Of a stretch of DNA of 64,000 nucleotides, positions 51,452-61,883 are shown piece by piece. The first letter of the stretch is position 1. Every line of letters starts with the position of its first letter. The DNA comes from an uncultured Methanosarcinaceae archaeon (lineage in GTDB: Archaea; Halobacteriota; Methanosarcinia; Methanosarcinales; Methanosarcinaceae). The DNA lies in assembly GCA_963847185.1 (NCBI GenBank), contig CAWJYV010000004.1, positions 32,001 to 96,000 of the forward strand, in the 5' to 3' direction. The notes beneath the pieces were generated by a model. The model did no database searches, was not told the origin of the DNA, and worked only from the letters and a program-made list of their open reading frames with translations. Both the position numbers and the translations under genes were made by a program.

Positions 51452-51565
51452 AGTCGCGTCTTCGAGTTATTGATCAAATCAGAAAAAGCGAGTGCGCCTC
51501 CGGCATTCCAGAAAATATAGAGAGATTCGTATGCTTACTATTTTCTATAACTCAGACCCATTACC
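51452..51565. mobile_element. MITE family A, reverse copy
   Basis: Reverse complement matches 54757-54871. Confidence 0.75.
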
Positions 51566-51756
51566 CAATTATGGATGGCAAATTTATTGATTTATTCTGG
51601 ACTTTCTTAAAGCTACTTTTTAATGTGTCATTAAAAAGATATTTTTTTATAATAGATAGATGCAAAAGAGATAAGCCTGCAAAGGCTATCAACAGGAACT
51701 CTGGTTTACATTTTTCTGCAGGGTCCGCTAGTAAAACATGTGTGAGGTTTTGAGTA

Positions 51757-52335
51757 ATGTCAGAAGAGAACCGTGTCGGTAGTAAGATACGCCAGCTTAG
51801 AGAAGCCAAGGAGATGACCGTCGAAGAACTGGCTGAGGCCAGTCAGAGCAGCGTGGAATTAATCCAGCAGTTAGAAGACGGAGCCCTGGTTCCATCCTTA
51901 ACGCCTCTTTTAAAGATTGCCCGGGCTTTAGGCGTCCGCCTAGGTACTTTTCTGGACGATATGCCCCAGAGCGGACCTGTAGTTGTCAGGGCAGGGCTGT
52001 CTGAGAATGTAGTTCGTTTTTCGGGAAAGACTGAGAGACCAAAAAAGAGTGCTCTTGATTTTTATTCCCTTGCTTCGGACAAAGCAGACCGCCATATGGA
52101 GCCTTTCATAATTGATATCCATCCTTCTCCTGAGGAAAGCCATATGCTCTCTTCTCATGAAGGAGAGGAGTTTATCTATGTCCTTTCAGGGGAAATCGAG
52201 ATTTTTTATGGTAAGGATGTTCATAGGCTGAACGCCGGAGACAGCATTTACTATGATTCGATTGTTCCGCATGACGTCCATGCAGCAGGAAAAGAGGATG
52301 CAAAAATACTGGCTGTAGTTTATGCTCCTCTGTGA
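51757..52335 (+). CDS. XRE-family regulator with cupin domain
   Basis: HTH KIRQLRE...[10 protein letters not shown]; [12 protein letters not shown]; DSIVPH. Confidence 0.92.
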   Translation: MSEENRVGSKIRQLREAKEMTVEELAEASQSSVELIQQLEDGALVPSLTPLLKIARALGVRLGTFLDDMPQSGPVVVRAGLSENVVRFSGKTERPKKSALDFYSLASDKADRHMEPFIIDIHPSPEESHMLSSHEGEEFIYVLSGEIEIFYGKDVHRLNAGDSIYYDSIVPHDVHAAGKEDAKILAVVYAPL

Positions 52336-52439
52336 ATTCGCAATCAGGTAGAGAAGAAAGTAAAACTTAACATTAATTAGCGGGAAGTTCGAAACTAAAG
52401 GAAATCAGATATTAGTATTAAAAATTCAGGGAATCCAAA

Positions 52440-52883
52440 ATGTTCAGTACAATAGTCAGTCCACGCTTTGGGGACATAGACGGGCTTGGGCATGTAAACA
52501 ATACAGTCCTCCCGGCATGGTTCGAAATAGGAAGAAACTCCGTGTTCCGGCTTTTTTCACCGGATCTTGATCTCAGCCCTGATGTGTGGCACCTTATTCT
52601 TGTCAGGACCGAGTTTGATTTTCTGCGCCAGATGTATTTCAGGTCTGATGTGGAGATCAGGACGTTTATTGCAAGAATAGGGAACAGTTCCTTTACTGTC
52701 GGGCACGAGGCCTGGCAGGAAGGGGAACTTAAAGTAAAGGGCCAGGCAGTGCTGGTCTACTATGACTTCAAGCTCCAGAAAGCAATCCCCCTTCCTGATT
52801 CGATCCGTGACATGTTGAAAGAACATATGCTTCCTGTGATGGAAACTGCTGAGCTTGATACGGATTCTCCCTGTTCTGTTTGA
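52440..52883 (+). CDS. Acyl-CoA thioesterase (4HBT-like hot-dog fold)
   Basis: PRFGDIDGLGHVNN, IGNSSF. Confidence 0.9.
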   Translation: MFSTIVSPRFGDIDGLGHVNNTVLPAWFEIGRNSVFRLFSPDLDLSPDVWHLILVRTEFDFLRQMYFRSDVEIRTFIARIGNSSFTVGHEAWQEGELKVKGQAVLVYYDFKLQKAIPLPDSIRDMLKEHMLPVMETAELDTDSPCSV

Positions 52884-52990
52884 GTGTACTTATGGAACGC
52901 CCGCAAACTGGATTTTAAAGTACAGGATTTGTTCCTGCACTTAAGTCAACAGTCTTTAAAGGTAAATAGTGCAAGTGAGAGGCTAAAACC

Positions 52991-54640
52991 ATGTATCTTA
53001 TAGAAGATTCTCTAGGAGAATACTTTGAAAAACAGGTGGCTGTAGACCCCGATCACGAATTTATAGTTTATCCGGACCGTAACCTGCGTTTTACTTACGG
53101 GCAGTTCAACGAAAGAGTCAATAACCTTGCAAAAGGGCTGCTTGCCATAGGGATAAAAAAGGGAGACCATGTAGGAATCTGGGCAAAGAATGTCCCTGAT
53201 TGGCTAACTTTCATGTTTGCCACTGCAAAAATCGGAGCAGTGCTTGTAACTGTGAATACTGCTTATAAGAGCCATGAAGTAGAGTATGTGCTCAAACAGT
53301 CAGATATGAAGGCTCTGGCTCTTATTGACAGCTTTAGGGACGTTGATTATCTTGAAATTATCAACGAACTGGTGCCTGAGCTCAAAAGCTCAGAAAGAGG
53401 GCGCTTAAAGAGTAAAAATTTCCCCCACTTAAAGAGCGTTATTTACGTAGGCCAGGAAAAGCACAGGGGTATGTATAATACCAGCGAACTTATGCTTCTC
53501 GGCAGCCATTATCCAGATGATGAACTAAAAGAAATTCTGGCCAGCGTCAGTGGAGACGATGTGGTCAATATGCAGTATACTTCCGGAACTACAGGTTTCC
53601 CGAAAGGTGTCATGCTGACCAGTAAAAACATCCTCAACAATGGGCTTTCCATAGGTGACCGCCAGAAGTTCACTCCTGCAGATAGGCTATGTTTGCCTGT
53701 GCCTCTTTTCCACTGCTTCGGGATTGTACTTGGAGTTATGGCAGTTTTGACCCACAGGGCTACACTTGTCATGCTTGAGGTTTTCGACCCTCTCCTGGTG
53801 CTTGCTGCAGTCCAGAAAGAAAAGTGTACGGCTCTCTATGGTGTGCCTACGATGTTTATTGCCGAGTATACCCATCCGATGTTTGATATGTTTGACCTCT
53901 CTTCCATGAGGACAGGGATCATGGCTGGCTCGACATGCCCTGTGGAAGCCATGAAAAAGGTCGTAAAAGATATGCACTGCTATCAGATTACCAGTGTTTA
54001 CGGACTTACGGAAGCCTCCCCTGGAATGACCCAGACAACCGTGGATGATCCTGTAGAACTCAGGGTCGAAACCGTAGGTAAATGTTTTCCGGGTGTAGAA
54101 GTAAGGGTAGTTGACCCTAATACCAATGAACCGGTGCCCTCAAACACTGTAGGAGAGATATGCTGCCGCGGGTATAATATAATGAAAGGTTACTATAAGA
54201 TGCCCGAAGAAACGAAAAAAGTTATCGATGAAGGCGGCTGGCTTCACAGTGGAGATCTTGGAACCTGTGACGAAAATGGCTACTACAGGATTACTGGTCG
54301 TATAAAGGATATGATTATTCGGGGTGGAGAAAACATTTATCCTCGGGAAATTGAAGAGTTTCTGCATGAGATGCCCGGAGTTAAAGATGCCCAGGTTGTG
54401 GGCATGCCTGATAAAAAATATGGGGAAATTGTAGGAGCTTTTGTGATTCTGGAAAAGGGTGCAGATCTTACAGAAGCCGACATAAGGGACTACGCTGTAA
54501 GCAAGATCGCCCGCTACAAGGTTCCGAGACATATTTTTATTGTGGACGAATACCCGCTTACTGCAAGCGGCAAAATCCAGAAATATAAGCTAAGGGAACT
54601 GGCTGTAGAGCTCCTTAAAAAACAGGAGAATGGCTGTTAA
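52991..54640 (+). CDS. AMP-binding acyl-CoA synthetase
   Basis: [50 protein letters not shown]. Confidence 0.95.
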   Translation: MYLIEDSLGEYFEKQVAVDPDHEFIVYPDRNLRFTYGQFNERVNNLAKGLLAIGIKKGDHVGIWAKNVPDWLTFMFATAKIGAVLVTVNTAYKSHEVEYVLKQSDMKALALIDSFRDVDYLEIINELVPELKSSERGRLKSKNFPHLKSVIYVGQEKHRGMYNTSELMLLGSHYPDDELKEILASVSGDDVVNMQYTSGTTGFPKGVMLTSKNILNNGLSIGDRQKFTPADRLCLPVPLFHCFGIVLGVMAVLTHRATLVMLEVFDPLLVLAAVQKEKCTALYGVPTMFIAEYTHPMFDMFDLSSMRTGIMAGSTCPVEAMKKVVKDMHCYQITSVYGLTEASPGMTQTTVDDPVELRVETVGKCFPGVEVRVVDPNTNEPVPSNTVGEICCRGYNIMKGYYKMPEETKKVIDEGGWLHSGDLGTCDENGYYRITGRIKDMIIRGGENIYPREIEEFLHEMPGVKDAQVVGMPDKKYGEIVGAFVILEKGADLTEADIRDYAVSKIARYKVPRHIFIVDEYPLTASGKIQKYKLRELAVELLKKQENGC

Positions 54641-54662
54641 AACAGAAGAACTGCATAAAAAG

Positions 54663-54745
54663 ACAGGATCATTAACAGGATCGTTAATAGGATAGTTAAT
54701 AGGATAATTAATTCAGTATATCGGCCATAAGGCCGGTATTTTTCC
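54663..54745 (+). terminator. 12-bp tandem repeats then hairpin + T-tract after the synthetase
   Basis: (TAAYAGGAT..T)x~4; ATCGGCC-ataa-GGCCGGT followed by TTTTT. Confidence 0.55.
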
Positions 54746-54756
54746 ATTAAAATTTT

Positions 54757-54871
54757 AGTTGTGGGTGAGAGTTATGGAAAATAGTAAGCATAAGAATCTC
54801 TCTATCTTTTCTGAAATACAGGAGATGTACTCGTTCTTTCGGAGTTGATTAATAACTCGGAGGACACGACC
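54757..54871. mobile_element. MITE family A, forward copy
   Basis: GTTGTGGGTGAGAGTTAT...ATAACTCGGAGGACACGACC. Confidence 0.75.
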
Positions 54872-55084
54872 AATTTTTAATTGACTGTTTTTAGTTGACT
54901 GTTTTTTTGCGTTAAAATTTTGAAGCAATTAAAAAATTAGATGTCGCCATATATTAACATTTCATTATAGTTTTGTATTAGATTGTAAAATGCGCTCTCA
55001 TACAAAACTTCACGAGAATGCAAAAATGGAAGGCCTTTGAATATTTAACGTAATTTATTATATATAGAATTTCAGCATTAGAAG

Positions 55085-55352
55085 GATGTAATTGTAGGAG
55101 AAAGGCTATATGCACTGTTGTGCCGAACTAATGGGGAGTTTTTACAGGGTTTTATCTGATTGAGAGTTCAGGGGTCATTATTAAGAACTCTTAATCATCG
55201 CCACAACAATATAACCGCAGCAAACAAGATCTTTACAGCTTTCTCTTGCAATTGGATGGAGAATATGTGGGAGTATTCTTCAAAGGGGGTTTCATCTGAT
55301 TGAGGGCCAGGGACAATAATAAAAGGCTCTCAATCAATCACTAATCTTTTTT
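55085..55352 (+). ncRNA. Candidate small RNA / micro-ORF transcript with two covarying hairpins
   Basis: TATA near 55055-55065; two units 140 nt apart with stems 55157-55197 and 55297-55336; T-run terminator. Confidence 0.5.
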
Positions 55353-55709
55353 CCATTCTCTTTTCTTCATTTGTTTAAGTACAACTTCTTCTATTATTTC
55401 CAATCGTCTTTAACTTCTAAGCAAAAATTATGATTCGGATAGGATGCCTAAAGAATGGTAAATCTCTATAACTTTATTTAATCAATTATCCCCTAAATAC
55501 TCCTATACCTTTACTAATTATTTTGAATAACTAATAACTATGCCATCCTATTTAAGTCCTTTGATGCTACACCTTTGCTATGTGAATACTAATAAACACT
55601 AATTTTATTCTCTCATATACTCAATTTTCTTGTGTCTCTTTTTTTGGACTTACCTTTAAAATAGTTCTCAGACATATGTGTTTAAGAAGCTGTCATTTAC
55701 TTTTTCTTA

Positions 55710-55947
55710 GAGCGTGTCTTAAAATTAAATTTGATTCTACAATTGGATCGGACTTATCCATTTGAACTGAAAAACGGTAGCATTAAACTGTTAAATATCT
55801 AAAATGTGAATTTTAACCATGACGCCTAATGTGTTTGGTTTTATACTTGAGCGATCAAGTCCGATGTAATAAATTTACGGTCTAAGTTTAAAATCAACGA
55901 TGCCTACTATCCAAATGTAGAAATGGTTTGAATTTTAAGACAGCCTC
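55710..55947. mobile_element. Composite MITE B, copy 2
   Basis: Same TIRs as 27492; flanked by TTA direct repeats. Confidence 0.85.
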
Positions 55948-56208
55948 TTAGAAATTTGCATATAATAATTAATACATTATTGCACAAAAATAGTATAGAA
56001 CTATCATTTAGTGCTACTTTAATGAACAATTGATTAGTTCTCATATTATAGAAATTACAAATTTTCAGACAACTTAAATATTATTTTAGAATCTTACATC
56101 CATATTGGAAATTTGAAGAATTGAAAGGGTCATTTTGAATGTTAAATTATATATAAAAATCCTCTTAATAACTCTTATTGTGATATAAACACAATGGGGG
56201 AGTGAAAT

Positions 56209-56439
56209 ATAGCTGATAAGACTGACAAAGTCGCTGAAAATATTCCTGGGCCTTATTATTGTGACTACAGTTGCATAGCGTGCCACGTGTGTGTAGATAC
56301 TGCACCAGAGAATTTCAAGATGAATGACGATGACTCCAATGCTTTTGTATATAAGCAGCCAGAAAACGATGAAGAAACAGAAGCCTGTGAAGAGGCATTA
56401 GAAAGCTGCCCTGTAGATGCGATTGGAAACGACGGCTAA
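56209..56439 (+). CDS. Monocluster [4Fe-4S] ferredoxin, ATA start (absent from ORF track)
   Basis: ADKTDKVAENIPGPYYCDYSCIACHVCVDTAP...CEEALESCPVDAIGNDG*; GGGGGAGTGA SD; in-frame TGA two codons upstream. Confidence 0.9.
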   Translation: MADKTDKVAENIPGPYYCDYSCIACHVCVDTAPENFKMNDDDSNAFVYKQPENDEETEACEEALESCPVDAIGNDG

Positions 56440-56514
56440 AAATAGCTATTTCAGGTATGCCAAGTTTACCTGATTTCCCTATATTTTACCTATTTTACCT
56501 ATTCACCTATTTTT

Positions 56515-57285
56515 TTATTCCCGCCCGATTTCGTAGTATATTCTGGAAAGTCCCTGCAAAGTTGAGTATCCTTTTCTTGTGATGATATAGTCTCCACGTT
56601 CATTCCTCTGTAAAACCATGCCTGCCTCAAGCAGTTTTTGGAGGTGGAAAAGCAGGTTTCCTCCGCGCAGCCCTGTAAGTTTGGAAAGCTCAGAAAAAGT
56701 TTTACTTTCGCCTGAAATCGCCTTGAGCATCAGGAGACGCTGTTTATTTGCTACCGGCTCGCAGACCTCAGAGACCAACCTGTCAGGTTCCATTTCGCTT
56801 ATGTCAGCCTTTTTATTTTCTTCTTCTCTCTCTTCATAGATTTGGAGGGAACGCATAAGTTTTACTTGCTTTTCAAAAAGATTGGAAGCTTCCGAAAAAC
56901 ACCTGTTGCAGCTGGGATTTTTTGCCTCCTTTTTTAACTTTTCCAGCCTGTCCCTATATTGCTTTAGAGTCTCAGCATCAATTTTGCCTTTTCCCATAAG
57001 GCCTGCTGTTTCCTGCAAAAATTCCCTGAAAGTCGTTTCGCAAAGTTCCCTCATTCCGCAGTCTCTTGTCTGGCTACTAATTCTTTCGCATGCATCCTCA
57101 CAGAGGTAGTCAACCATAGGCTTCATGAAACTCTTCCTCATCTCCGCAAGCATTCCCTCGATATGCTGCTGGTTTGCCCTCTGCAAAAAGCGTGAAAATT
57201 CATTTCTTAAAGATGTAACTTCTTCTTTAATAGAGTGCAGTTCTTCTCTGTAATAAACCTCGGTATTTTCATTTACTGCTTCCAT
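56515..57285 (-). CDS. ArsR-type winged-helix regulator with Cys-containing N-terminal domain
   Basis: C-terminal KTFSELSKLTGLRGGNLLFHLQKL...YIITRKG. Confidence 0.85.
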   Translation of the reverse strand: MEAVNENTEVYYREELHSIKEEVTSLRNEFSRFLQRANQQHIEGMLAEMRKSFMKPMVDYLCEDACERISSQTRDCGMRELCETTFREFLQETAGLMGKGKIDAETLKQYRDRLEKLKKEAKNPSCNRCFSEASNLFEKQVKLMRSLQIYEEREEENKKADISEMEPDRLVSEVCEPVANKQRLLMLKAISGESKTFSELSKLTGLRGGNLLFHLQKLLEAGMVLQRNERGDYIITRKGYSTLQGLSRIYYEIGRE

Positions 57286-57575
57286 TTTTATCTGTCCCAA
57301 AATTATATACCTTGAAAAATGTTCGAAAATCGGATTAGCCAATTTATGTAATTACTGGCAGTTTCGATTAAGGAGTGATTTATTCATGCCTTTACTAATG
57401 CTGTTGACTAAAAGCTACTTTTGAAGACAAATCAATAACAACAACCATAAATTAATGTTAATGCCTTTATCAAAGGTCATCGTCAGGTTATTTTTCTGTA
57501 CAACTCCAACTAGGTACATAATTATAACGCTCAAGTATATAAATATATACAACCTTCTAGATTCTGGTGACAATC

Positions 57576-57776
57576 ATGGAATTACAGGACATAAACAACT
57601 TCGTACAGACAGCAAATGAAGAACAGCTCAAAGCCTTTGGCTTTCTCGGCCAGTGGATGATGGATATGATACCAAAATACTGCACCTGCGCCTCAAAATG
57701 TTCACAAAACTGTAAGATGGCACAGACCCTTGGCGGAGCCCTACAGACCGCAGGTCAGAGGCTTCAGGGACAATAA
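57576..57776 (+). CDS. Small Cys-rich hypothetical protein
   Basis: MELQDINN...YCTCASKCSQNC; GGTGA SD; divergent from the ArsR gene. Confidence 0.7.
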   Translation: MELQDINNFVQTANEEQLKAFGFLGQWMMDMIPKYCTCASKCSQNCKMAQTLGGALQTAGQRLQGQ

Positions 57777-58022
57777 GTGCAGAATGAAAGCAAAAAAGCT
57801 GTGTAGAGTGAAGTAAAGACTATAAAACTGAATCAGGAAGAGTTTTTCAAGCAGATTTCAAATAAGAAATCTGCTCTCCAATAGTTTTTTTATTTTTGTT
57901 CTTGTCTGTTGTTTATGGTCTTGTTACTGGAAGTAATTTTCTGTACTGGCCGGAGACAATGTTATACCTTTTATATAAATTGAAATATATCTCTAATTTA
58001 GAATCTGGTTGAGGAATTAAAA

Positions 58023-58466
58023 ATGGAATCGATAAAATCCGAATGGGAAAGCTTCTGGGAAGCAAAAGCCTATGCAATAGTTACGGATCATACAAAGCCT
58101 GCAATGAAATGGACCACATCCGAACTTAAAAACCGGGGCAAGAATGTCTATATTGTTGACCTGTCCGAAAACCCTGAACCCGGATCGTTAAAAAATGTAT
58201 CAGAACTTCCTCCCGGTCTTGACCGTGCAGTCCTTGGCGTCACAAAAATTGACCCTGGAGATCTTATCTCTGCCCTCCAGGAAAAAGGCATAAGTAAAAT
58301 ATGGCTCCACTGGAGAACCGAAACTCAAAAAGCCATCGAAATCTGTAAGAGTGAAGGCCTTGAATGCATGACTGAGCACTGCCCAATGCTGTACCTCGGA
58401 AGCGGTCTCAGCATACATGGGATGCACAGGGCAGTTGCGAAGATAACTGGAAAGTATTTAAAATAA
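58023..58466 (+). CDS. CoA-binding domain-like protein
   Basis: GISKIWLH...HCPMLYL...IHGMHRAVAKITGKY; GAGGA SD. Confidence 0.75.
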   Translation: MESIKSEWESFWEAKAYAIVTDHTKPAMKWTTSELKNRGKNVYIVDLSENPEPGSLKNVSELPPGLDRAVLGVTKIDPGDLISALQEKGISKIWLHWRTETQKAIEICKSEGLECMTEHCPMLYLGSGLSIHGMHRAVAKITGKYLK

Positions 58467-58699
58467 TTGGGAAATATTGAAAATAACTGGAAATTGTTAG
58501 GAAGAGGTTTTCTTTTCTTCCATAAATGCTTTTTTTCAATTTAGAAACATATACAGTTCGTTTAATCGAAACATCTTATTTCATTCGAATATCTCGCTAG
58601 TGTCAAAGCAACTTAATTATGGGGCGTTAATGCATAGACAACTCCTCATCCATGTCCCTTTCTTAATTATATTGACTCATAACTAAATTTCCTAGACAC

Positions 58700-58736
58700 T
58701 AGCTTGCTGCGGGGTGCGCCAGCGCAACTTTGATTT
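58700..58736. mobile_element. Solo IS200-type end motif
   Basis: GCTTGCTGCGGGGTGCGCCAGCGCAACTTTGATTT. Confidence 0.65.
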
Positions 58737-58778
58737 ATAATGTATTAGATAAAGTTGAATGGAATAAAAGATGGTACA

Positions 58779-59564
58779 ATGAACCTGAAAACTGTAGATT
58801 TCTATTATTTTTCCGGAACAGGAAATACTTTTTTAATAGTTAAGAAAGTGGAGGATACTTTTAGTAGAAATGGGGTTAAGGTAAATTTGTATCGAATTGA
58901 AGGTTCAAAGCCAGATGATGTAAATTTAGAACATACTATAGGTCTGGGGTTTCCTGTAGCTGAATTATCAACTTATGATTTTGTATGGGATTTTGTAAAA
59001 TCACTTCCTGAAGCCCGGGGTACATATGTTTTTATGGTAGCTACATTTGGAGGAATTTCAGGAGGGGTTGTAGGATCTATGCGTGAAATCCTGAAGAATA
59101 AGGGGTATACGCCTATAGGGGCTGAGGAAATTGTAATGCCTCCTAATATCTTTTACATTCAGGACGAGAAAACTTGCAATGTCAAGATGGAAAAAGGAAT
59201 TAAAAAAGCTGAAGAATACGCAATGGCTCTTATGAGTGGGAAATCCAAGTGGGACAGAGCTTCTGTATTTTCTGATGTGGCCTATTATATATCCATGGCT
59301 GGTTTAAAGCTGACAGAGACGGGCATAAATCAGAAATTAATCCACCTGCAAACAGATATAAAAAAGTGCACTAAATGCGGAATATGCATTAAACTTTGCC
59401 CTGTGGGAAATATAGAGATAAAAAAAGAGTACCCAGAACACGGCTTTGAATGTAGATACTGTTTAAGATGTACGTCTTTTTGCCCCTCAAAAGCTATTTC
59501 CTGTCCTGTTAATTACAAAGGGAAGACTTACAGAGCAGTTAAAGTTAGAGAGCTTCTTAAATGA
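58779..59564 (+). CDS. EFR1-family flavodoxin-ferredoxin fusion
   Basis: YFSGTGNT, GFPV, CTKCGICIKLCP, CRYCLRCTSFCP. Confidence 0.9.
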   Translation: MNLKTVDFYYFSGTGNTFLIVKKVEDTFSRNGVKVNLYRIEGSKPDDVNLEHTIGLGFPVAELSTYDFVWDFVKSLPEARGTYVFMVATFGGISGGVVGSMREILKNKGYTPIGAEEIVMPPNIFYIQDEKTCNVKMEKGIKKAEEYAMALMSGKSKWDRASVFSDVAYYISMAGLKLTETGINQKLIHLQTDIKKCTKCGICIKLCPVGNIEIKKEYPEHGFECRYCLRCTSFCPSKAISCPVNYKGKTYRAVKVRELLK

Positions 59565-59689
59565 TAACCGGTTTTTATGCGTATTTTGGAAATTCTAAAA
59601 TATACACACAACTAAAACTTATACATAAGATTTCAAAATCTTTTTTCCAAAAATCGAAATATAAAAGGAGTGGAATTGGAGGTTGAATC

Positions 59690-60650
59690 CACTAACAGAG
59701 GCCCCGCATATTTACTCATAAAATCCTCCATTAAAATAAACTCTCCGCTAAATCCTGCGTAACTGCGCTCGAGTATAACGCGATCAAATAAAGGGAATGA
59801 GACCGTCAGGTCTATGGCATTGAATTCAGGACCGGTATGAAAGTTTAAAGATAACTTGCAAGCAAGAACATGAAACTTCTGTCTTTTAAGTTCTGCCGGA
59901 TTTTGCACGCGTCAACTTCATAAATTATCTCGGGCCATGCAGGAGTTTCAAGGCCAGTTGTCAGCTCCTCATTTATTAATTCACGGGCTTCTTCAGGTGG
60001 ATTATCCGTTATCTGGATAATGTCAGGCAGATATCCCATTTCATTTGCAAGGTATTTTGTAATGCTTACAGCCTAATTGCTGTCTGCAACCACCGCAAAA
60101 TAAGGATGTGACCTGGCAATTAATAGTATATCACCGACAAACTCTGCAAATCTGTAAGCACGTTTCTCCTCTCTGGCAATCAGATCTTCGATAAGTTCAG
60201 ATTGAACATTCAGCTTTTTCCGATAACTCTGAGAAATTCTGAGATTTGCTTTGGTCCTATAGGGACTCCAGGGAAGGAAATATAGGGAGTATCGAACTTT
60301 AGGGAGTATCGAACTTTAGGGAGTATCGAACTTTTCTTCCAGTTTCTGTGCCATTTTATGCCCTATCCAGCTTGAGAGGACAATATTATATTCAGCAGCC
60401 GGAATTTTCTTCAGGTTCTCAAGGGCATCAAATTCTCCTACTATCAGATTTGGCTTATGCCTACTTTCAAGAATCGTTTTTAGCTCTCTTGCTTCTCTTC
60501 TCCAGAATATATGCTACGGAAGAACCATCCATAATACTTCTATCAACCTTTTTTACTTTCAGGAGTTTTTTCAAGAAGGTAATCGATTACAGCATCAAAG
60601 TAACACTCATAACCTTCATATGAGGTTCCTGCAAAAGGAGGTTAGCGGGA
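59690..60650 (-). pseudogene. Nitrogenase component 1-like (NifN/VnfN-type) pseudogene
   Basis: Fragments YEGYECYFDAVID, LKKIPAAEYNIVLSSWIG, PIGPKQ, VVADSN*, KYLANEMGYLP, VSFPLFDRVILERSYAGFSG spread over shifted frames. Confidence 0.7.
60283..60333. repeat. 17-bp perfect tandem repeat x3
   Basis: TAGGGAGTATCGAACTT x3. Confidence 0.9.
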
Positions 60651-60964
60651 AAAAAATGGCTGAGATAACAGACGAATTAATGATTCGTGGAAATCACATT
60701 AAAAGCAGTGAGCGAAAGTTCATAGATTCTGATTGAATCTTGTCTTCTAATTAACGCAGCAATGAAAGGCTTGTTGTTTTACTGATGTATAGGTTTACGA
60801 TAAAGCTTATACATCGATAGTCCATCAATTTATTCAAGAAACCACTAAAGTCATTTCTGGAATTGTTCAGATTATTTACTGCATTTAAGATTTAGTGAAA
60901 TATTTTAACTGACCTTCCGCAGATGTCTTACAAATTTATTAATTTTCTCCATTAATCTATAAAT

Positions 60965-61095
60965 GAGCCTATCCCATAACTCAAAACTGCGTCTCCAAAT
61001 CTCAAATTAGGAATAATCAATGAGTTTCCCATCATGGAAAATAGTTCTAAAACTCTTATCGATTTTGAGAATAATACTGGTTTTGGGATGAGTTC
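60965..61095. mobile_element. ~130-bp MITE E
   Basis: TIR GAGCCTATCCCATAAC / GTTTTGGGATGAGTTC. Confidence 0.65.
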
Positions 61096-61883
61096 TTAGT
61101 TGATATTTTCTTGCTGGGGACTGTTGATAGAATTAGGGATTGTTTTAAATTCATTAAGAGTATTTTCTGGCAATCAAGTATATTGGAATTGCAAGTAAGG
61201 CTAAATAGGATTCTGGGTGCAAAGCCCATTAGTAGAAATTTATATATATGAATAACTAGGTAATAAGCAACCGTATTCTTTCTAATATCGGAAAGAATAA
61301 GGGTTCTTCACTCTGCATATCCACAAAACCTTCCATAAGAACAAACCGGCAATACTCTTATAATGCAGAGTTTGAAGAACCTGAAAAACGTTTTTCATTT
61401 TTTTACGTTTTTTTAATGCTAATAAGAGGTTGGGTTTTTCCCAGCTTAGTCCAGTAATTCCGATTTGCTGTAGTTCCGGATGAGGATTCTATTCGTTTTA
61501 CAATTTTTCCTAAATAGTTCACAAGAAAAGTCTTCATTTCATCGATTCTGTTTCATCCTGAAATTATTTCTCAGATTCAAAACCATTTAAAAATTCAATA
61601 TACTATACAAAAGCAAGCGACGCAAAAGGTTAAACATTGAGTAAATTCCAATTCTGTTTTGGTACTTGGAATGATCATGTAATATGAAACAAATATGAGT
61701 TGAAGTAAAAATAATGGGTTACCTGTATACGAGATATAAGTGAAATGAAATAAATTAAAAAAGCAAAATAATTTTGGGATAAAACAGTCTAATATAGATG
61801 TAGCACTACTTACATAAAGTATTCAGACCTTAACCTCGAACATAATTTATAGATTCCAATCCAAGTTTTCAGCTGGAGCAGTT

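Noticed and set aside
60283-60333. Short repeats (also 11505, 13804, 27286, 54663) as CRISPR arrays
   Set aside because: Head-to-tail repeats without unique spacers; no cas genes in the window
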